DNA of 55,582 bases, filler included, from Sphacelaria rigidula (taxonomy: Eukaryota), in NCBI GenBank assembly GCA_964200075.2. It is 5 parts of 5 records of this genome, joined end to end, with 100 filler letters (N's around TTAATTAATTAA, not from the genome) between each part and the next. Parts side by side here need not be neighbours in the genome. Positions count along the whole stretch, not along the records: positions 44,548 to 55,582 come from CAXNAA020005499.1; 4 more parts are not named here. One strand, written 5' to 3'. This document shows positions 48,801-55,582 of this stretch, in pieces. Under the pieces are notes generated by a model. It was not told where the DNA came from. It made no database searches and worked only from the letters and a program-made list of their open reading frames with translations. A program made the position numbers and the translations under genes. Each line of letters starts with the position of its first letter. Positions within the stretch are counted from its first letter, which is position 1.

Positions 48801-51800
48801 GATACGGCACCATGTCGCTTTTCCGATACGAGCTGGGCCAAATTAACCCTTAGACGGCGAGATTAGTCTTTCTGGATCATGCATACTTTTTTTCACTTGA
48901 AATTGATGCCGATTCAACAGAAGACTAACCTCGCGGTCTAAGGGTTAACAGCGGCTAAAAGTGGCCCACACCACAGCTCTCCCAGTTTCCCGAATGAACC
49001 CGATGTAAGCTCATCACTGTGAACTGCAGACCCACGTGATGACAAAGGACTGGGTCGCTGTTCGATTGGCGTCGTATTGCCGATGATGTTATTCTACTGC
49101 ATAGAGTACGGGGCGCGTCCGATATCGTTGGGCGATAGCGTGTCGCAGTGCGTTTTTTTTGTTAATGCCGTGAGTTCATGTTAGCAATCACCCCCCACTG
49201 GGTATATGTGGGATGAAGCAGCGTCACGCAAAACGTTATAACGTTGCACGCACGGTCCAATTCAACGACTCTTGAGCTGAAATTCACGAAGATCTTCTGC
49301 ACCCAGGGAAATGATACATCCCGGGAGCAGCTGCAGATCCGCTCTTTTTTTCCCTGGACTTTTGAAATTATTATCTAGTTTCTACTGGAATTTCAGATCC
49401 CATAACTTTTTTTTTTTTTTCCTTTGCTGCTCTCGTTGTGTTCTGCATGTCGATCATAATAAGCTGCTGTTAAAATTTCAGCGTCCAACTCCTGATTTTA
49501 CGCCGTGCGTCGCCTGAGCGAGAAAACTGCTCACTGTTGGTTTGCCCAGCTCGTATGTATTTGCAGGGGAGCAACCAATGTCCATTTGAAACTCGTGAGC
49601 GTCAGACCTCATTTCGGATCACATCTTCGGCGTCTCTTCTTCCACGCCGATAATTCGACACCCGACCCTTTTCACAAGTTACTCGTACCTCGGTTCTGTG
49701 TACTATTAATAGTACTACCGTCTCTCGATGACAACATACGAGGTACTGTACAGCATTCGTGTTCCATGGGTTGCCAACCTCCTACACGCGTTGGTGTAAT
49801 ATGTAATAGCCTCATCAGAGGAACCGTTTTCGAGACATTTTGAAGTGGTCCGGTTCATTTACTCGTACAGCGTCCATCTATGTGATGTGGGTGCCCGAGG
49901 ACTTCACCCTGGGTGTTGCCCAGTCAGTGATTAGTCGTTCCTCGGATGGTCTTGACTTCTCTTCTTATGGTGTACAGTCTGTAGTAGTCAGCATTTCGGG
50001 TACAAAAGGCAACACACGCCCCTTCACCGGTTGAGCTTCAGTGCGCGAAACGTGTGTGCTCCCCCGTCCACCGCCAACCTCTTCCAAATCGTTTTATTTA
50101 ATTGCCCGCAGAAATATTTGATGGGACAAACACTGACACTGACACTACGACAGAAAACTTTGATGAGAGGGTAGACGAGGCAGTGACAGCACAACAGCAC
50201 AACAGGACATACACACACACCGACCGGAGTTACTTTTACCGCGCATGTTGAATACTCGAACACAGGGTGAGCTGTGAAGCACCGCCTTGCTGAAAGGAGC
50301 AACGGTAGCATCCTAGTCTACCCCCCCCCCCCGTCCCCCTCCTTACCCACCGAACCCCCAACCGCAAAAAAATGGGGTTACACGGCGGGCCAACATTTGT
50401 CAACGGTTGCAGGTGTTCATGAGAAGAGAAAGCTACGATGCTACAACAGTGCTGCAAGGTGCTCGACCAGAGCTCACGTCAAGAGGGGCAGAGAGAAGCA
50501 CGTCTCACGCCAGACGAGTTCCGCAAGAGACAGAAGAAGCCAGAACGTGCCATGGTGCAGTGGAATGTAGTGCAGTGCAGTACAGACAGTACAATACAGG
50601 ACAGTAACACCAACGGCTGATGCGCACCAGGGTATGGTCCTTGCTCCTTCCTTCCAATGGCGGCACAAATTACCGCCCCTCTTCTGTGAATCGGTGATTC
50701 GGTTTCTGCCTTGTGGATTGTGGATAGTGTATTTTGTACATCGATATATGTACTGGTCGGTGAGAAAAAAGGGAGTTGGCATTGCGCGAGAGACATACAT
50801 CGCACGCACGAGAAAAATATGAGTATCTGTTCCGCGGTACATATGCTACACGGGGTATAGACCTCAAGACGAGAAGAACATGTGTAAACGACCAATACAG
50901 CTGTCAGTGCTTTGGGGGCAGACCACGCAGCCGGTGTGTATGCATCTGATCCAGGTACTGGAGTACTCTGTTGCAGTTACGACCTGTGAGATTTTTCTGT
51001 GACAGCCTGTTGATCGTTCAACTGTCGAAGACCATCCTGAATTTTCTCGACCATTACTCGATGACGCCAACGACTAAAACTGCCAACGCTTGTACTATCG
51101 ACATAATCTTTTTGACGTCCAAGTCTATGACAACAAGGTGAAGCTTTCCCACTTTCCGCTCTCGAGGAATGTTTAGCTGTGACACCATGAAGTGTTCATC
51201 AAGGGAGGGTGTTATACACAGAACCTCAGTGCGACTCTCTGTTCTCCTAACCGTACATCACTCATCGAGCATACCTTGCGGGATTGTGAGCGTCCTTCCC
51301 TCGTAGCCGCTCCGGAATGTCACCTCGTCGTGCGCACGCCCTGCGGGAGGGTGCGCCGTAAGTTTATCCCACATACCTGCGGTCCATTTTCGTTTCTTAT
51401 CTGAGGAGCTGGTCGGCGTACCACCGGTGCCTCCCCGCTTTGACGCACTGGTGGTTGACTCGTCGCGCTTCCTGAATAACGGATTCAAGGACAGTCCAAG
51501 TCCCATGTTTAGGTTGTTGGTGGTGCAACCGCTGCTGCTCCGACATTTCCTGGTGTCTTTTTTTATCGCAGCTGGGAGGAGACTGCTACTGGAGGCCGCT
51601 ACTACTTCTGATGCTGTTGATGGTGGTGTAGATTGATAGCCCGTGGCTTGGGGAGTGAAGCTCGACGAGATGACCCATGCGTCTGATCGGTCTACGGCAA
51701 ACGGGCACACGACCGCGAGCACGACGACGCAGAAACCGAACCTCGTGATTCCGCCCCGACCTGAAGTACAGCTACAAATAAGTTGCCTGTTGATGTTGCT

Positions 51801-51842
51801 GTTGTTACAGCAGATGCGCCGTCGTCTTGCAGAGTCCTTCAT
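45884..51842 (-). CDS. Partial gene: bestrophin-like anion channel (UPF0187/VCCN/BST family) with bipartite plastid presequence
   Basis: Exon 1 51842-51377 (hydrophobic FGFCVVVLAVVCPFAV, DA|WV cleavage-like site, Ser/Thr-rich transit; GCA G|gtatgt) joins exon 2 46047-45884 (tgtgcag|CC) in phase 1: KWTAAERYSSAAWLHNVRTLPTSVILHRIKQPLLAQTCWATAVSLIH...MSIK, resembling the N-terminus of algal VCCN/BST-like proteins. The diagnostic LLVFRTN exon is not on this contig. Confidence 0.65.
46103..46187 (-). mobile_element. Poly(C)-tailed short retroposon copy (intronic, near the 46047 acceptor)
   Basis: G run + tgcactcattcgttgcttgccttaatcgtttcaccatcgaccacgcgtccctttcgagacggagca; no clear TSD. Confidence 0.75.
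47125..47381. mobile_element. Complete GACACTTTCTACGATAG-family MITE
   Basis: TIR gacactttctacgatggcctcccc / ggggctatcgtagagagggtc; TSD CGTC/CTTC. Confidence 0.8.
47430..47602. mobile_element. Near-perfect palindromic foldback element
   Basis: Inner arms aaacgtactgtatgaggtataggcctattgcgactatt / aatagtcgcaataggcctatacctcatacagtacgttt are exact complements; outer cacaccttggacaa / ttgtccaaagtgtg. Confidence 0.85.
48490..48790 (-). mobile_element. SINE family B with B-box head
   Basis: Minus strand ggttcgaatc, then cgatctgggattttt...gagcgactatgtc...ttcctcctgtgtgacc shared with the 14536 and 5553 copies. Confidence 0.6.
48847..48944. mobile_element. piggyBac-like mini-MITE
   Basis: TTAA|cccttagacggcgagattagtctt ... 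aagactaacctcgcggtctaaggg|TTAA (24-bp TIR, 2 mismatches). Confidence 0.85.
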
Positions 51843-52466
51843 ATCTCAGGGCTGATATTGATAGAGTACAACAGGTTGCTGACGCTTGAGGTTGAGATTT
51901 GGTAGGCGGAGTTGGCAGCACGGTCGTTGTGCACTGTACCGCAACCGTCCTGCCTGTTAGTGTCGACGCGTCGACGCGCACGCAGAGCGCAGTCTCGAAA
52001 GCACAAAGTGGATGTGTGATTCGAAATGTGTCACCTAAATTGACCAATCACACACATGCGGGGTCAATATATATTTGAATCAAGTAATTGATTTTATCCC
52101 CTTGTAGATCAACATCCCTTTCAAGGTTATTGAAAACTTCTTCGACTTTCTCTGATCCGAAGTCAATCGGGATAACACGGGTTTGATATATTCTGATATC
52201 AGGCCATTTCTCCGACTTCTTCAGGGTTGACGCTTGATATCAGGATATATGAAGGAGGTAACGGCCCGACTACCGACGCGGGGGAATGTCCTCCGTATCA
52301 TATCCGTCATAACCTTTCTTTGGAGCATCTAACACCCAACGCGTTCACTGTCAAACAGCAAAATATAAACTGCCACACCAGTAGCACTGCTCAAGCAAGC
52401 TTATTCCCTTCCATCACTAGCCCACTACTACCACAGAGATCGAAGCCTCTTCTACGGTTCATCATC

Positions 52467-53487
52467 ATGGCTACTTCTGGAAATGACGCTACCCAAGGCC
52501 TGCAGATCATCACCCTTGCAGCTGGTGGGTTGATAGGGCCGTCCAGGGTAGTGCACGGTACAGAACGCTGACAGCAGAGTACAGCCATTTCGATACAGCA
52601 CAGTACAGTAGTGCAACACAGCAGAATGTCTACGACAGTGCCATGTACATGGCTGTGTTGTCGATGTTACTGCTGTGGATGTATGTTTTCTTGTTGCTTG
52701 TGAATGCTGTCGTGTCGTAACGGTTTTACATTCACTTTACGCCAGCGCTTGATGACTCCACTTCGCGTTTCGCTTCATTCAGTTCAAGATTGCGCCGGTT
52801 TATGGATGTCATGGTCTGCGCCCGTTCAACATGTCACGTAACCTCAAAAAAGTCAGGCAGAACGTTCCATGCGCTTCGCGAAGAGTGTACGTACATTACG
52901 TCGTATCGTAGGTCATCGATTATCTTACCCGGGGTGATGTGCAAAGATCCGAACCTCGATTTTCTCCACAGACGGCCGCTCTACTCTGCCTTTCGACCTC
53001 GTTCACCGAAAGATCTCGGGGACACATTTTCGACGACATTCGTAGTTGCGTTCGGTGACGTGATCGGCGCAGTTGAAGGCAATATCGAGATAACTTTCTC
53101 ACCCCGCACAGCGCATAACACCTCGTTGGAGGGCACCATTGGATCTGTATCTTGCCTTGGAACTGATACCTCATATCTCACCCGAGGCTGAACGTGACTG
53201 ATGGGCCCTCAAGACTGGACGCGAAGTACTGTATATTTTAGTCATTTTGAGTCAGATGATGCCTGCTAATGCGGATGCTTGCGGCATTCGCTTAATTTCA
53301 AAATACAACTGCATGCTTCAGCAGTCGAAGGCTCAGCCCACCGTGCACTTTACTCGAACGATGCATTTTTTTGTGATGCACAGGATGTTTCTGGTGCGTA
53401 GAGGCCGTCTACCAGCGCGTTGTGGGTGTCTCAAGCGTGGAGAGCGGCTACATGGGAGGAAGCGTGGCCAATCCATCTTACGGACAG
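52467..53487 (+). CDS. msrA: Partial gene: peptide methionine sulfoxide reductase A
   Basis: Exons 52467-52524 (GCT G|gtgggt) and 53384-53487 (tgcacag|GA ... CAG|gtagg) give [54 protein letters not shown], with the GCFWC active-site and SGYxGG/NPxY motifs. Confidence 0.92.
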
Positions 53488-53822
53488 GTAGGTACCGAAG
53501 AACAATTTCTTGGCGAACAATCGCGAGGAGGTGATGGATCTTCCACAGATTCGAGCCCGGAACCTTGTGACCACCATGCAATTAGATTGCACTGTAGCCT
53601 CTGCCAGACGATGGCTACAACACTCGACAATTTCACCAGTGTGAAGTGGTGATGGATCATGTGCACAAATGTGGCATTTTCCCCCCTGTACAGAGGACTA
53701 CAGTAGTCCCCACAGCAATGGGTTCTTCGTAGTACTCCGGCGAAACAAGTAAAGGATATCCAAGAAAAAAAGACGCGATATTATCAGCCTCCCTTTTGGT
53801 CCTGTTTCAGTATTTCTGTAGT

Positions 53823-54163
53823 ACGAAATGAACTCGCACTCTTCCGTGTTTCAATTCTTTAAATCAAATTATTATTTTTTCGATCTTATCACGCGTCGGA
53901 CGAGTCATCACTCGTCGAAACGAGTGCCCTCGTTGATGTTTTTTGAAAACACAACGAGCATGACCCGAGTACTCGCCCTATCAATTTTTCCACAACGAGC
54001 AATGACTCGAGTGTCCGAGGACCTCCAAAAACGGCCAACGAGCAGCCCAACGAGCGCGAGTGCCATGAGTCATACTCGTACTCGTCCGAGGTATGAGTTT
54101 TTACATTAAATTTTCTTGCCCTCGCTCTACTCGATTTTTTTTCAAGGGAGTGCTTCTATTCGT
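53823..54163. repeat. Degenerate inverted-repeat element rich in ACGAG/CTCGT motifs
   Basis: Many cgag/ctcg subrepeats; ends acgaa...gcactctt / aagggagtgc...ttcgt are loosely complementary. Confidence 0.4.
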
Positions 54164-55582
54164 TTAGTCAGTGTTATTCCTTTTCGATAGTATTGAGGCT
54201 GTGTTGTTGAAGGTTAGACGCCAAGAAAACCCGCACCTCGCTTGTGATGACGCCGAAACTTGGAGAACGTGTTGATCAGTACTACAGCAAGGTGTCGGAG
54301 CCTCAGCCGTGGCTGCACAAGGCTCTGATGGCCCGATCTGCATTGAAACGGTGGATACCATTCTCATCAGATTCTTTGTTTTTTTACCACCTCCTGTCTC
54401 ATGACGAATATAATGTGTACAATTTCGGTCAGGCTCGCAGACCGCACGGATCCTTCAGGCGTCATCGTTAATCTTCGCCCAGTTGGGGATGATCGCTCGC
54501 AGAAAACTAGAAAATAAACAGCATGTAGGCCCCACCATATATGCGAAGGTTCAGGCTGAACGTTTGCCGGTCTGAAAAGCTCGAACCGTCAAGGTTAAGC
54601 CTATCTCACGCGACCGCTGCGTTCTGCCATGCACCCTGATCCACGTACCCGACAAGTGGGCAAAATGCCCGCACAGACAGCTGCGATGCTAGTGGATACA
54701 CGATCCTGGCAGTCCGGCAGCCGGCAAAATAGTTATGGTAGTGCCCCTCTGGCGATATCAACTTGCAGTGCACTGCTGCAGAGTTCACAGGTGAATATTT
54801 TGGCAATTGCCTCAAACGCAGTTCGCCCAGATGTAGTGGATTTTTCCACCATCCCACCGCGCCAGATTATATGTAAAAATGTATCAGATCCTGCATTGTG
54901 TTGAAATGTCCCAACCCCTGGACGACAGTCAGTACGAACACGGTCTTATAAGTGTACTGCACACAGTATAGAATATATTGCCGACTGTAATTTGTGTAAT
55001 ACTCGTACCTCATGTTGGTAAGTGCAACGCCACACTTCGAGACAACAACTGTGTGTAAAATTTTCCAGGATATCAAATGCTACAGGCGGCTTTCGCGCCA
55101 TAGCAACTGTGTTACCATACATCTTCGCCCAAGATGCAGGCAGCCATGACAGCAGCAGAGGCGGCCTTTCACTCCTGCGTGCGGAACCTGGGGCAAACGC
55201 ACGCTGTAGCTACAACACGGAGAGCTTTACAAAATGATATCCCGCGTGTACGTTGACCGCAGATACAAGCGGTTGCGTGCACGATGTGGCAAACTGCATA
55301 GGACAGCGCGAAATCAATGCAGAACAGTTGTAGGCTGAGGATGTGGCGTTCTGTGGTGTGCTTTGTAACTCTGCACCCTGCCTCTGTGCAGTGAGCAGGT
55401 AGTACCGCCGAAGGCATAACGTCGCGGTTGGTACGCAGTGTCGAACACGTAGCAGCAAACAGCATATTTCATGTACAACATACGAGGATGTGTGTTTCAA
55501 GGCCGATGCGCACAGAGTGGGACCCGCATCTAGAGAACCCTGCGCCAACTTGCCCTGTTCTAGTGGATACATGAATATTTTC

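Noticed and set aside
53384-53400. Selenocysteine-type MsrA
   Set aside because: The catalytic codon is TGT (Cys), not TGA.

Overview
Eukaryotic, intron- and repeat-rich DNA, most consistent with a brown alga (Phaeophyceae). That is an inference from multi-kb GT-AG introns, TTAGGG-type repeats, a bipartite plastid presequence and the retroelement type. The window is not contiguous: five contigs of almost identical length (1-11037, 11138-22174, 22275-33311, 33412-44447, 44548-55582) are joined by artificial N44-TTAATTAATTAA-N44 spacers. By phase-matched exon splicing I reconstruct five partial genes: a bacterial-type '3-methyladenine DNA glycosylase'-annotated family protein, a soluble adenylyl cyclase (ADCY10-like) catalytic domain, a multi-IQ-motif protein, a plastid-targeted bestrophin/VCCN-like channel and MsrA. 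Contig 4 is a degenerate Ty3/gypsy chromovirus-like element in circularly permuted order. Introns are packed with MITEs (4-bp TSD GAG/GAC families, TTAA piggyBac-like, TA Stowaway-like, foldbacks), two tRNA-headed SINE families and microsatellites. The most novel signal is a ~70-nt structured, poly(C)-tailed retroposon (6 copies) that appears to insert at C/G homopolymer runs. No database searches were run; family calls rest on motif recognition.
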